From contig JAUCBJ010002317.1 of assembly GCA_032718475.1 (NCBI GenBank), forward strand, positions 18,564-82,563: a stretch of 64,000 nt of DNA, read 5' to 3'. The notes under the pieces were generated by a model. It was not told where the DNA came from. It searched no databases and saw only the letters and a list, made by a program, of their open reading frames with translations. Below are positions 1-12,273 of the stretch, one piece after another (position 1 is the stretch's first letter; each line of letters begins with the position of its first letter). A program made the translations under genes and the position numbers. The DNA comes from Nemertoderma westbladi. Its lineage: Eukaryota > Animalia > Xenacoelomorpha.

Positions 1-3000
1 CCACGCCATGGTATTGGCCGCAGTAGATGATTGGGGACCAGGCAACAGTTCTACAGTACTAGGGGACACACAGATCCACGCCATGGTATTGGCCGCAGAG
101 GAGTGACTTATAGATGGTTGGGGACCAGGCAACAGTTCTACTAGGGGACACACAGATCCACGCCATGGTATTGGCCGCAGAGGAGTGACTTATAGATGGT
201 TGGGGACCAGGCAACAGTTCTACTAGGGGACACACAGACCCACTCCATGGTATTGGCCGTAGAGGAGTGACTTATAGATGGTTGGGGACCAGGCAAGAGT
301 TCTACTAGGGGGCACACAGACCCACTCCATGGTATTGGCCGTAGAGGAGTGACTTATAGATGATTGGGGACCAGGCAACAGTTCTACAGTACTAGGGGAC
401 ACACAGATCCATGCCATGGTATTGGCCGCAGAGGAGTGACTTATAGATGGTTGGGGACCAGGCAACAGTTCTACTAGGGGACACACAGATCCACGCCATG
501 GTATTGGCCGCAGAGGAGTGACTTACAGATGATTGGGGACCAGGCAACAGTTCTACAGTACTAGGGGACACACAGATCCACGCCATGGTAGGCCTATAGG
601 CCGCAGAGGAGTGACTTATAGAGGTTGGGGACCAGGCAACAGTTTTACTAGGGGATACACTGACACACAGACCCACTCCATTGTATATGCCGTAGAGGAG
701 TGACTTATAGGGGTTGGGGACCAGGCAACAGTTCTACTAGGGGACACACAGATCCACGCCATGGTAGGCCTATAGGCCGCAGAGGAGTGACTTATAGAGG
801 TTGGGGACCAGGCAACAGTTTTACTAGGGGACACACGGACACACAGACCCACGCCATGGTATATGCCGTAGAGGAGTGAGTTATAGGGGTTGGGGACCAG
901 GCAACAGTTCTACTAGGGGACACACAGATCCACGCCATGGTAGGCCTATAGGCCGCAGAGGAGTGACTTATAGAGGTTGGGGACCAGGCAACAGTTTTAC
1001 TAGGGGACACACGGACACACAGACCCACGCCATGGTATATGCCGTAGAGGAGTGAGTTATAGGGGTTGGGGACCAGGCAACAGTTCTACTAGGGGACACA
1101 CAGATCCACGCCATGGTATACAGTATGCCGTAGAGGAGTGAGTTATAGGGGTTGGGGACCAGGCAACAGTTCTACTAGGGGACACACAGACCCACGCCAT
1201 GGTATATGCCGTAGAGGAGTGAGTTATAGGGGTTGGGGACCAGGCAACAGTTCTACAGTACTAGGGGACACACAGATCCACGCCATGGTAGGCCTATAGG
1301 CCGTAGAGGAGTGACTTATAGGGGTTGGGGACCAGGCAACAGTTCTACTAGGGGACACACAGATCCACGCCATGGTATATGCCGTAGAGGAGTGAGTTAT
1401 AGGGGTTGGGGACCAGGCAACAGTTCTACTAGGGGACACACAGATCCACGCCATGGTATATGCCGTAGAGGAGTGAGTTATAGGGGTTGGGGACCAGGCA
1501 ACAGTTCTACTAGGGGACACACAGACCCACGCCATGGTATATGCCGTAGAGGAGTGAGTTATAGGGGTTGGGGACCAGGCAACAGTTCTACAGTACTAGG
1601 GGACACACAGATCCACGCCATGGTAGGCCTATAGGCCGTAGAGGAGTGACTTATAGGGGTTGGGGACCAGGCAACAGTTCTACTAGGGGATACACTGACA
1701 CACAGACCCACTCCATGGTATATGCCGTAGAGGAGTGACTTATAGGGGTTGGGGACCAGGCAACAGTTCTACTAGGGGACACACAGACCCACGCCATGGT
1801 ATATGCCGCAGAGGAGTGACTTATACGGGTTGGGGACCAGGCAAAAGTTCTACTAGGGGACACACAGACCCACTCCATGGTATACGCCGCAGAGGAGTGA
1901 CTTATAGAGGTTGGGGACCAGGCAACAGTTCTACTAGGGGACACACAGACCCACGCGATGGTATATGCCGCAGAGGAGTGACTTATACGGGTTGGGGACC
2001 AGGCAAAAGTTCTACTAGGGGGCACACAGACCCACTCCATGGTATACGCCGCAGAGGAGTGACTTATAGAGGTTGGGGACCAGGCAACAGTTCTACTAGG
2101 GGACACACAGACCCACTCCATGGTATAGGCCGCAGAGGAGTGACTTATAGAGGTTGGGGACCAGGCAACAGTTCTACTAGGGGACACACAGACCCACTCC
2201 ATGGTATATGCCGTAGAGAAGTGACTTATGGGGGTTGGGGACCAGGCAACAGTTCTACTAGGGGGCACACTGATCCACGCCATGGTATTGGCCGCAGAGG
2301 AGTGACTTATAGAGGTTGGGGACCAGGTAACAGTTTTACTAGGGGACACACAGACCCACGCCATGGTATATGCCGCAGAGGAGTGACTTATAGGGGTTGG
2401 GGACCATAGGCAACAGTTCTACTAGGGGACACACAGATCCGCGCCATGCTATTGGCCGCAGAGGAGTGACTTATAGGGGTTGGGGACCAGGTAACAGTTC
2501 TATTAGGAGACCACACTGACCCACGCCATTGTATATACCGCAGAGGAGTGACTTATAGGGGTTGGGGACCAGGCAACAGTTCTACTAGGGGACACACAGA
2601 CCCACGCCATGGTATATGCCGCAGAGGAGTGACTTATAGGGGTTGGGGACCATAGGCAACAGTTCTACTAGGGGACACACAGATCCGCGCCATGCTATTG
2701 GCCGCAGAGGAGTGACTTATAGGGGTTGGGGACCAGGTAACAGTTCTACTAGGGGACACACGGATCCGCGCCATGCTATCGCAGAGGAGTGACTTATAGG
2801 GGTTGGGGACCAGGCAAGAGTTCTATTAGGGGACACACAGATCCACGCCATGGTATTGGCCGCAGAGGAGTGACTTATAGGGGTTGGGGACCAGGTAACA
2901 GTTCTACTAGGGGACACACGGATCCGCGCCATGCTATTGGCCGCAGAGGAGTGACTTATAGGGGTTGGGGACCAGGCAACAGTTCTACTAGGGGACACAC

Positions 3001-4256
3001 AGACCCACGCCATGGTATTGGCCGTAGAGGAGTGACTTATAGGGGTTGGGGACCAGGCAACAGTTCTACTATGGGACACACAGACCCACGCCATGGTATA
3101 TGCCGCAGAGGAGTGACTTATAGGGGTTGGGGACCAGGTAACAGTTCTACTAGGGGACACACGGATCCGCGCCATGCTATTGGCCGCAGAGGAGTGACTT
3201 ATAGGGGTTGGGGACCAGGCAACAGTTCTACTAGGGGACACACAGACCCACGCCATGGTATATGCCGCAGAGGAGTGACTTATAGGGGTTGGGGACCAGG
3301 CAACAGTTCTACTAGGGGACACACAGACCCACGCCATGGTATATGCCGCAGAGGAGTGACTTATAGGGGTTGGGGACCATAGGCAACAGTTCTACTAGGG
3401 GACACACAGATCCGCGCCATGCTATTGGCCGCAGAGGAGTGACTTATAGGGGTTGGGGACCAGGTAACAGTTCTACTAGGGGACACACGGATCCGCGCCA
3501 TGCTATCGCAGAGGAGTGACTTATAGGGGTTGGGGACCAGGCAAGAGTTCTATTAGGGGACACACAGATCCACGCCATGGTATTGGCCGCAGAGGAGTGA
3601 CTTATAGGGGTTGGGGACCAGGTAACAGTTCTACTAGGGGACACACGGATCCGCGCCATGCTATTGGCCGCAGAGGAGTGACTTATAGGGGTTGGGGACC
3701 AGGCAACAGTTCTACTAGGGGACACACAGACCCACGCCATGGTATTGGCCGTAGAGGAGTGACTTATAGGGGTTGGGGACCAGGCAACAGTTCTACTATG
3801 GGACACACAGATCCACGCCATGGTATTGGCCGCAGAGGAGTGACTTATAGGGGTTGGGGACCAGGTAACAGTTCTACTAGGGGACACACGGATCCGCGCC
3901 ATGCTATTGGCCGCAGAGGAGTGACTTATAGGGGTTGGGGACCAGGCAACAGTTCTACTAGGGGACACACAGACCCACGCCATGGTATTGGCCGTAGAGG
4001 AGTGACTTATAGGGGTTGGGGACCAGGCAACAGTTCTACTATGGGACACACAGACCCACGCCATGGTATATGCCGCAGAGGAGTGACTTATAGGGGTTGG
4101 GAACCAGGTAACAGTTCTACAGTACTAGGGGACACACGGATCCGCGCCATGCTATTGGCCGCAGAGGAGTGACTTATAGGGGTTGGGGACCAGGCAACAG
4201 TTCTACTAGGGGACACACAGACCCACGCCATGGTATTGGCCGTAGAGGAGTGACTT
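1..4256. repeat. 81-bp tandem minisatellite (about 52 copies, runs off the left edge)
   Basis: Unit GGGGACACACAGACCCACGCCATGGTATATGCCGCAGAGGAGTGACTTATAGGGGTTGGGGACCAGGCAACAGTTCTACTA (81 nt). The 27-aa periodic ORFs on both strands reflect this period. Confidence 0.97.
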
Positions 4257-5484
4257 TATAAGGGGAAAGAGGCCAAGCGAAAGCGATGTTGTGACAGTAT
4301 TACTCTACTCATTAAGTGAGATTGGCCATTGTAAAATATTTGAAAGATGAAATTGTTTTTTTGCTTATAGTTTGGGCGTTTATATATCCCGAACCGTTGG
4401 ACTAATAATAAAAAACTGATTTCAGATTCGGGATCATCACCATCATGATACCTAATAAGAATATTTTAGGCCAATTCTAAAAAGATTTGGTTTTTATCTA
4501 AATCGAAAAAAAAAATATTATTATTCTTGAAATTTGGCGACCAATAAAACCAGTCCGGTTTTTCGAAATGGAAAACAGACATGATATTCGTTGTCAGCGA
4601 CTTTGAATTAATGAATAACCTATCGCCTTGGTCCGGGCAGTGGGTCTTTGTTTGAGGGGTGGGCGGAGGTCGTGGCGGCCAATATAGTCCGGCAGCAAAT
4701 AGCACAAATTTTGGTGAACCGTGTTTTTTTATACCCATAAAATGTTTTATCGGTTTTGTACTCATTAGACCCTACTAAACAATATTTAGGAGGGTGTCGC
4801 CCCTACAACCTTGAGCATTTCTCATAAATCGTGTTACCATGGTTACCGGGGTGTTTACATGCAGCTGCCATGTTTTAAACACAATGGTTACAGGATTTAC
4901 CCCAAACTTGACTAAACCAATGATTGCGAATTCGATGAGCTTATTTGCAAACCACTGTTACCCTGGTAACCGTTGCTAGGCGCAGTAATCTTCGGTTCAC
5001 GCCATAGCAAAAACCAACTTAACCATTATGCGACCTCAGTATCAATATATTCCCTTAGTATATCGCATACTGAACTTGTATTCGACAATTCGAGTCACAG
5101 TTATTATGACAACCGTTGCTACGGTAACTACTGTAGTATATCATACTGTAGCAACCAGCTACCAAAGCATTCTATGACTATATGATTGTACTGTTTCAAC
5201 ATAGTGCACAGTGGGTTTATTGAACTGGGTTTCTTCTGGCCACAGTTACCATGACAACTGTTGCTATGTAGACTAGACAATGATTCTAAATATGATTTTA
5301 AAGGTCGTTGATATTCACAGGAATTATTGTAGAGGAATTACCTTTAGGTAAGTATTTTAGTTCACAATTTTTACTAATAATAAATTGATATATCAATTAT
5401 CAAAATTGAAATAAATAAATGTTTTTGATTAGATAATATTATATTTAATAATTGAAGTTGAAGTTGAAGCTTGAAAATCCAATA

Positions 5485-6306
5485 ATAAAGAGTTAATTGT
5501 ATTTTATTTATTAATCAAGCACGTCAAGTAAAAACCTTACCGGTAGGTATGTCAGTGCCAAAGTATGTAAAAAACTAAAAAGCAACAAGACCTAGACGTT
5601 GCATGCAATCAGTGATCGCTGACAGCAGCCAGCTGATCGGTAGGTTTCGCCCCGCAACTGAAGGCATTCTCAGGAGGCCAAGCCAGGAAATGTAGAGAGA
5701 GATTCCCAAAGGGGGGACGGAACAGGTAACGAAATGAAGATATGTCTGTACTGTAATTAACCACTGGGAAGCAGCACCGTAAACTTGCGCCAGTCACGTT
5801 TCTGCTTGTTGATAACCGGCTTGCGTGTTTGGATGTAATACATTTCAAGCTTTTGCAAGACTGGCCGCAATGGGTGTCTAGCAATTACTGTGAAATGTTT
5901 AAACAATGATGTGGTTGTTCGCACAGTCTTACCCTGTTCGCTCCAATCATTGGCTGTCCCATCATCCTGGTGCTGTCTAACGCGTTCAAATAAGTGTTGG
6001 ATGGTGTGTCCAACATATTCCCCCTTCTTATCTTCATTTCGTCTTCATATCTTCATTTCGTTACCTGTTCCGTCCCCCCTTTGGGAATCTCTCTCAACAT
6101 TTCCTGGCTTGGCCTCCTGAGAATGCTTTCAGTTGCGGGGCGAAACCTACCGATCAGCTGGCTGCCGTCAGCTGATCACTGATTGCATGCAACGTCTAGG
6201 TCTTGTTGCTTTTTAGTTTTTTACATACTTTGACACTGACATACCTACCGGTAAGGTTTTTACTTAAAGTGCTTGATTAATAAATTAAATACAATTAACT
6301 CTTTAT
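5485..6306 (-). mobile_element. 5'-truncated Penelope-like retroelement with inverted ~260-bp pseudo-LTRs
   Basis: 5485-5744 and 6046-6306 are near-identical inverted repeats flanking a GIY-YIG endonuclease C-terminal reading frame. Confidence 0.8.
5757..6044 (-). pseudogene. GIY-YIG endonuclease C-terminal fragment (Penelope-type), no start codon
   Basis: Manual translation: GEYVGHTIQHLFERVRQHQDD...LQKLEMYYIQTRKPVINKQKRDWRKFTVLLPSG*. This fits the Y(I/V)G-x-T...R...H...E...I...P-x-(I/L)N pattern. Absent from the ORF track. Confidence 0.75.
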
Positions 6307-7129
6307 ATTTAATAATCTTATAATCTTATATTATCTAATAATCTTATTATAATATATTATAATCTCATAATAATTTGTGGCATTATTATTATTATTATTT
6401 CGTGTCTACTGTAATTGTGATTGCCTTTATTAAGTACAATATATGTGATTTTAATATTATATTTTCAAAATTTGATTACACCAAAACAACATGCATACAA
6501 TACTACCATATTATTAAATTATAAAATAATATGACTAACTATGTACTAGGGTGCGAAATCTATATCTTTTAATGACTGGTCGGGGTGTAATAGTAACTCA
6601 GTGACGGTAGCCCTACAGTGGAATATATATATCTTGATATCATAGTCATATAATGCTTATATCGCTGGTTGGTAGGGGGACTTTGGAGATCCTATTGGAC
6701 TTAGCAACGATGATAACCGTGACTCGAAACAAAGTTGAATAACCTTGATATACTGGAAGTAGAGTCACTGTTTTCTAATTCTGAAATTGGTGTTAAATAT
6801 GGCGTTTCCCGAAGATTACTGCCCCTAACAACGGTTACCATGGCACCATGGCAACAGTGCTTCGGGACTGGGTTCATTGCATTTGCTATCATCGATAGAG
6901 ACCAATTTGGTGTAAATGGTCTAGATATTGAGTGTTTATAACAGCGGTTGCTAGGGTCTCAGTCACTGTTGACATGGAAACACGTTTTATTCAAATTGCT
7001 CAAGGCTGAGAGAGCGACACCCTCCCTAATATTGACTAGTATGGTATTGTGGTCATGAAACTGATGAGACATTTTATGGGTATAAAATTGCACGGTTCAT
7101 CACTTTGCTGCCGGACTAATAGGGCTTGA

Positions 7130-7276
<147 letters not shown>

Positions 7277-7366
7277 ATGTACACTTTACAAACTCTATTC
7301 ATTCAGCCGTCATTACTAGAAATATGCAACTCTTGGGTGTTTATATTAATTTTAATTCATTTTATG

Positions 7367-7372
7367 AATAAA
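7367..7372 (+). terminator. Candidate polyadenylation signal for the tubulin block
   Basis: AATAAA about 90 nt after the stop codon, in an AT-rich 3' UTR-like tract. Confidence 0.5.
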
Positions 7373-8269
7373 AGAGTTTCAGCCGATTTGGGGTGATTTG
7401 TATTTACGAAAATGTTTTTAATTCTATCGATATTCTAGAACTTCCTTGCGTATAAAAGTAGAATCGTAGGTTGAAATGCAAATCAGCGACACCGAATTGA
7501 CAGGGAAAACTTCGATCCTTTCGGAGAAGAAAGTAGAGCTCTAAAAATCGCAAAAAACTGATGAGCCCTCCGGCATCAGATTGGTTATAAAAAAATTGTT
7601 GTTTGCGATATTGATGAAATTTGTTATGCTGGTACATATTGAATTTATAAGGTTGCCTTTTAAGAATTTTGAAATAAAATGAATATGGCCCGAGACTTTA
7701 TATGGCTGCGGACTTTTGAATTTTGCATCGAGGGCCTCCGCGGATCCAAATTTTCGGACCTTAATATTCAATTTTATTAAAACATATTAAGCTTTTTAAT
7801 AGAGCAGGAATAATTATTTATTACATGGGAAAAAAAGTAGAACTTTTTTTTCATTATTCCCGAGGCATTTTATTTACCCAGCGTCAGCGAGGTTAATAAA
7901 GGGTCGAGAGAATATTGAACAAAAAATATTCTACGTTTTTTTCCCATGTAATACGTAATTTTATTATTAAATTGGTACTTGTTTGTTGCTAAATTATTTA
8001 ATAAAACATAGCGATATACTACAGTAGGCCGACAGTACAGGTGTTACAAAATAAATTGAACTGCAGTATTTTACTATATTGCTTCCATTAGTTACTGTGA
8101 TTCCAATTACTCAACTCTTCAACTCCTGATGCTGCCTTACTCAATGTTAAATAATTTAGTAGTGTTCTCGAATATTTATTATGTAACTAGAGAGCCGTTT
8201 AATTACATAAACCAATATTGGATATTGAGTTCCGTTTTGGAGTTCGTCTTGCAGACACTAAAGTTGCAA

Positions 8270-8530
8270 TAACTTTTGAGTGTCTGCATGGATTTTGTTC
8301 AAATTACTTGCAAACATTTTCTACGTCGATGCTCTTTCAATATATGTAATACAATTTAAGAAATTCCACCAAAAATATTTTACTTTACTTTTTTTCGCCG
8401 GGAAAAAAGTAAAATCAAAGCAATCCTATGGGTTACTTCTTTTCCCTAGGGAAAAAAGTGAAACTATTTCACCCGATTTTGGGGTATATTCGAACGAAAA
8501 AGTAACAATTTAAGAATAAAATTTATTCTG
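8270..8530. repeat. Dispersed repeat fragment; inverted related copy at about 46380-46620
   Basis: CAAATTAC.TGCAAAC.TTTTCTACGTCGATG.TCTTTCAA and CGA..AAAAAGTAACAATTT match the reverse complement of 46420-46570. Confidence 0.65.
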
Positions 8531-9012
8531 CCCGATTCTAGTCCCAAAGTCAGGATTTTCAAAGTTTGTAATTTTAACATTTCTGAAAAGGGAAATGCTT
8601 TGGAGGGCCGTGCACCATGAAGGGATGTTTGTTTCAATGAATGAAAATCCCCCAAAACCCTTTTGAAAATGCTACAGATTGAAAATCCCTTTCGTTAGAT
8701 GTATTAGATGCACAAGGGACATACATTTCAGGTTCAGCCCTAAACTATGAACTAAAATCTGATGAATCACAAGATTTACGATACAAATTATCAGGTACCG
8801 GTAACAATGTTTCTGAACAATAATCCACAATAAAAAAAATAAACAAAAAAAACCGACAAAACCGACGAAGAGTTAAGTGAATAAATAATAATAAAGGTGA
8901 GCAGAAAAAGTTAATGAAGTTACAGAAAAACTTTAAACGGACAAAAAATTAGTTCCTTTTCATTCAATTAACTACAGAATGTAATTCAGCACATTATTAG
9001 ATATTATTGTCT

Positions 9013-9193
9013 CTAATTAGTTTCGTCAATATTATTCTCGTTGTTTGGTTGATTCTCATTTCTGTCCAATACAATCTCCATCTGTCTGATGTAACGGATT
9101 GCGGCCCGAAGTGTTTCTACTTTGCTGAGTTTTTTAACTGCCACAGCTTCCGGTAAATGATCCCGAAGACGCAGGTAGGCTTTGTTTACGCAC
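9013..9193 (-). CDS. Achaete-scute class b (ASCL3/4/5-like) bHLH factor, exon 2
   Basis: Acceptor CACACAG, then (R)CVNKAYLRLRDHLPEAVAVKKLSKVETLRAAIRYIRQMEIVLD...TN*. In frame with exon 1 across a phase-2 intron. Confidence 0.92.
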
Positions 9194-9713
9194 CTGTGTG
9201 AATGTTAATATTATACTGCAGGATGTGGTCACTAGTGATATGGAAAAGATACCCGCGGAAAAAATACGGTTCCTGTTAGTGGCCGAGTGTAAATATATTG
9301 CACAATTTCATCAAAACTTCAACAAAAAATATAAAAAAAAATAGAATTAAATATATAATTATTACTCTGAGCACTCTCCTCACTTTTTTTTACACCATTT
9401 TGAATAAAATAATCTATATTATTATTGCACCAGATGCAACACAACACTATTTTATACAGGTGGAATCTTATGTCCACTGTTTCGTCCATACAATGGCTGG
9501 CTATTGGATGGGTGTTTTATGTGTTACAATGGTTGCTTAGCTACCGGTAAATTTAAATAACTAATATACTAAGAGGGTCATTTTTATATCTATATGTTTC
9601 TATCTAACTTATGTTCTATTTGAATTTGGATTAGGAGACAGCTTCATTACACAATAACTCCAGTGCAATGGAAACAATTAACTTTACGCGCGACCGTATG
9701 CATGCAGACTTAC

Positions 9714-9952
9714 CTCACCCGAAGTCTCTCCCGTTCATTTCTTTTCCTCACGAAATAACCCGCATCAGTCCACTGTTCTCCCTGAGTTCCGTAGCCGCTC
9801 TCTGATTGGTAACAGCTGTCTGTGGAACCGGTGTAGTCGTAGTAACAGGCGGCGTCATTGAGATATGAGAGGTCTAAACTAGTTTGGCTGGAAGTCGGAC
9901 CAATGAAAAATTGTGTCTGTTCCATAACTGGTAGTAATTTATTTGATTGCAT
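9714..9952 (-). CDS. Achaete-scute class b (ASCL3/4/5-like) bHLH factor, exon 1
   Basis: MQSNK...YFVRKRNERERLRVR basic region, followed by donor AG|GTAAGT. Spliced product is 139 aa with a complete bHLH. Confidence 0.9.
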
Positions 9953-10165
9953 TTAATACCAAAAATAAACCTTTTTATGAGTTTATGGTAAATAAATATG
10001 CAATAGTATAGTTGTAACTATTCGTTCATCGTTAAAGTTATGGAGTTAATAGTATTTACTTAGTTAATAATATTTACTCACGTCTAAATTCAATGATATA
10101 GGCCTATTGTTTGAAACATAAATATATCCTGAAGAGTCACACTGGCCGATAATACTGGGGTCGCG

Positions 10166-10172
10166 TTTTATA
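10166..10172 (-). promoter_or_regulatory. Candidate TATA box of the achaete-scute gene
   Basis: TATAAAA on the minus strand about 215 bp upstream of the ATG, with an Inr-like CCAGT roughly 25-30 nt downstream. Confidence 0.4.
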
Positions 10173-12273
10173 CGCCGGAGACGGCGGAGATGTGATTGAT
10201 GCATTTAGAATAGAGACAGCCAATTACGTTAGGGAAACAGTAAACCCTGCGGTATTTCGAACAATAGATTATCTCTGCGGGATGCGGTTCATTAACAGAA
10301 GTATACAGACGAGTCGACGAATGCATTCCTCACAACTCAACCCTATTGAGCGAGAGGATTCATCTCAGCATTGATTCTGTTACTCCGTCTCTCTAACAAT
10401 CGTTACCCTCTCCCATTGATTTATCGAGCGAACAGCCAATTATTTTCTAAGCGGAGAATTTCTCATCGAAGTGGCGCGTTCATATAAACTCTGAGATGGG
10501 GCCGATGTTATTCTTGTTAGGAGAGGGGAGAGGGGCCATCAATCAACGCCATGTGAAGAGGACCAACGGTTTAAGTTAGGGTATATGGTCACCGCCCGCG
10601 GCCACTAAACCATCAGTGGTTCTAATTGGAATACTTGATGCCCCGTATCTCTATATACCAGAGACGGGGGAATGATAGGGAGAGAGTGAGAGATTCATTC
10701 ACTACAATTATGGATATATATCTGGATAACGATGGCTGCAATAATTTTTGTGCCTTTTAAAATGTGACAAATATTGTTTCTCAATACTAGTGACGGGCCT
10801 AGCGGCCCGATAAGGAACCGACTTTTTATTTTATTAAATAAAAGAGACAACGAGAATTAGTATAGAACTAATAATTATGTAAAAATACAATCATATTTCA
10901 TACAATAATTATTAATAAATTCGATCTATTATTAGTTGCTCAATTCTAGAACAAAATCGACCTGCAACTAGTGAAGACCTCGTTTTGGAATTTCGAAACC
11001 ACGCTGGTGCGATGCGCGATATCGTGTTTAGTTAATAAATTGATAACTCCATCAATTCATGTGCAACCAGTAATAAGAAATCGCGATAAATGTAATTAAA
11101 TAAAAATTATTCTAGAAAAATTTTCCTCAAAAAGTATGAAGTCTTGGCATTGGTGACGCGAAACTAGGCTAGTGGGATTCAGGATATTGCGTTTAATATA
11201 AAAATCGAAAACGCTATCGAATTCCGTAAAGGCGTTTATAAAATACTGCAACTTTTTTGAAATTTGTAAAATTCTAGAACTGGAAAAAATTAATTTTTGA
11301 ACGGCGCTGTTTGGGGTTTCGAAACATGGATAGGCTGAAAAAGGACATCGAATTAAGTTGAAAAATGAAAACCCCATCCAATTTGGACAAAGCGTTCCGG
11401 AGTTATAGCGGATCGAAAAAAATTGACCCCCCCCAGTCGCCAAAAATTTACAGCAATTTAAAATTTTGCAAAAATTTTTTTTTGCGTTATTTTTGATGGC
11501 GAACCGATTGGCAGTACTGGCTACGAAAAATTTTTTTTTGAAATTTTTGGTCAGAAAAAAAAACATGGAAAAAGTATATTTTTAAAAAGATTTGATGTCT
11601 TTGCCTATGGTCAGAGAATGATCTAACTCTGTAACTTGGCAATCGCTCAAATCCATTCAGCTGAATGGCACAGTAGAGTAAACTAAAGTAAATTCCCTAT
11701 ACAATGTTCTGAAGGGGAGAGTTACAGAGAGTAATCCAACAATAAAACATTTTGCAATAATGTTGGCATTAATGTAGCCAACACACTGTGTACTTAAGTC
11801 ATTCAGCTTACATTAGCAGAGTGAGATGCTTCCATAGAATACATTGGGAAGAGTAATTCAGCTGAGGCGATATTAGATTTCAAACTAAACCAACCAGTTA
11901 ATAATGTTTGCTTTGACGGAAAGTGCAGGGCCTAAACAAACAGTATGGGTGTACTAAGTACAATATTCTTGGCAACCTCATCGATTTATACTAAGCCTTG
12001 TGTAGAAATCCATTACATTTAAGCCATTTTTCATCACGACACCAGCTGTTATTGGTGTTATTTTACATTGCGCCTATGGCGTTTTTTCGTTTATGTCTAT
12101 TTTTCGAGCCCACGGCTCATGGACGAAATAGCGGAACATACCAGGGACCTTAGAATCGCGGTATCTAGCCGCTGTGAAAATTTCATCAAAATCGTTAGAG
12201 TAGTTTTGGCTGTAGATCAGTCAGTCAGCCAGCCTCGAGCAATTCTTACAGTAATGAACCTCTCGGTTCCTAA

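Larger units (their letters stand above)
4685..7118. mobile_element. Non-autonomous DNA transposon-like element with long degenerate terminal inverted repeats
   Basis: Left end TAGTCCGGCAGCAAA...GAACCGTG...ATACCCATAAAATG...GGAGGGTGTCGC is mirrored by GCGACACCCTCC...CATTTTATGGGTAT...CACGGTTC...TTTGCTGCCGGACTA at the right end. No transposase seen; TSD unclear. Confidence 0.75.

Noticed and set aside
223-4172. Repetitive ORFs up to 237 aa on both strands
   Set aside because: A by-product of the 81-bp period; frequent frameshifting indels between units and no domain similarity.
11096-11566. Recurring 93-181 aa minus-strand ORF in each A unit as a Rep or transposase
   Set aside because: Low-complexity F/K/N/I-rich sequence, starts shift with homopolymer length, and no HUH, helicase or DDE motifs.
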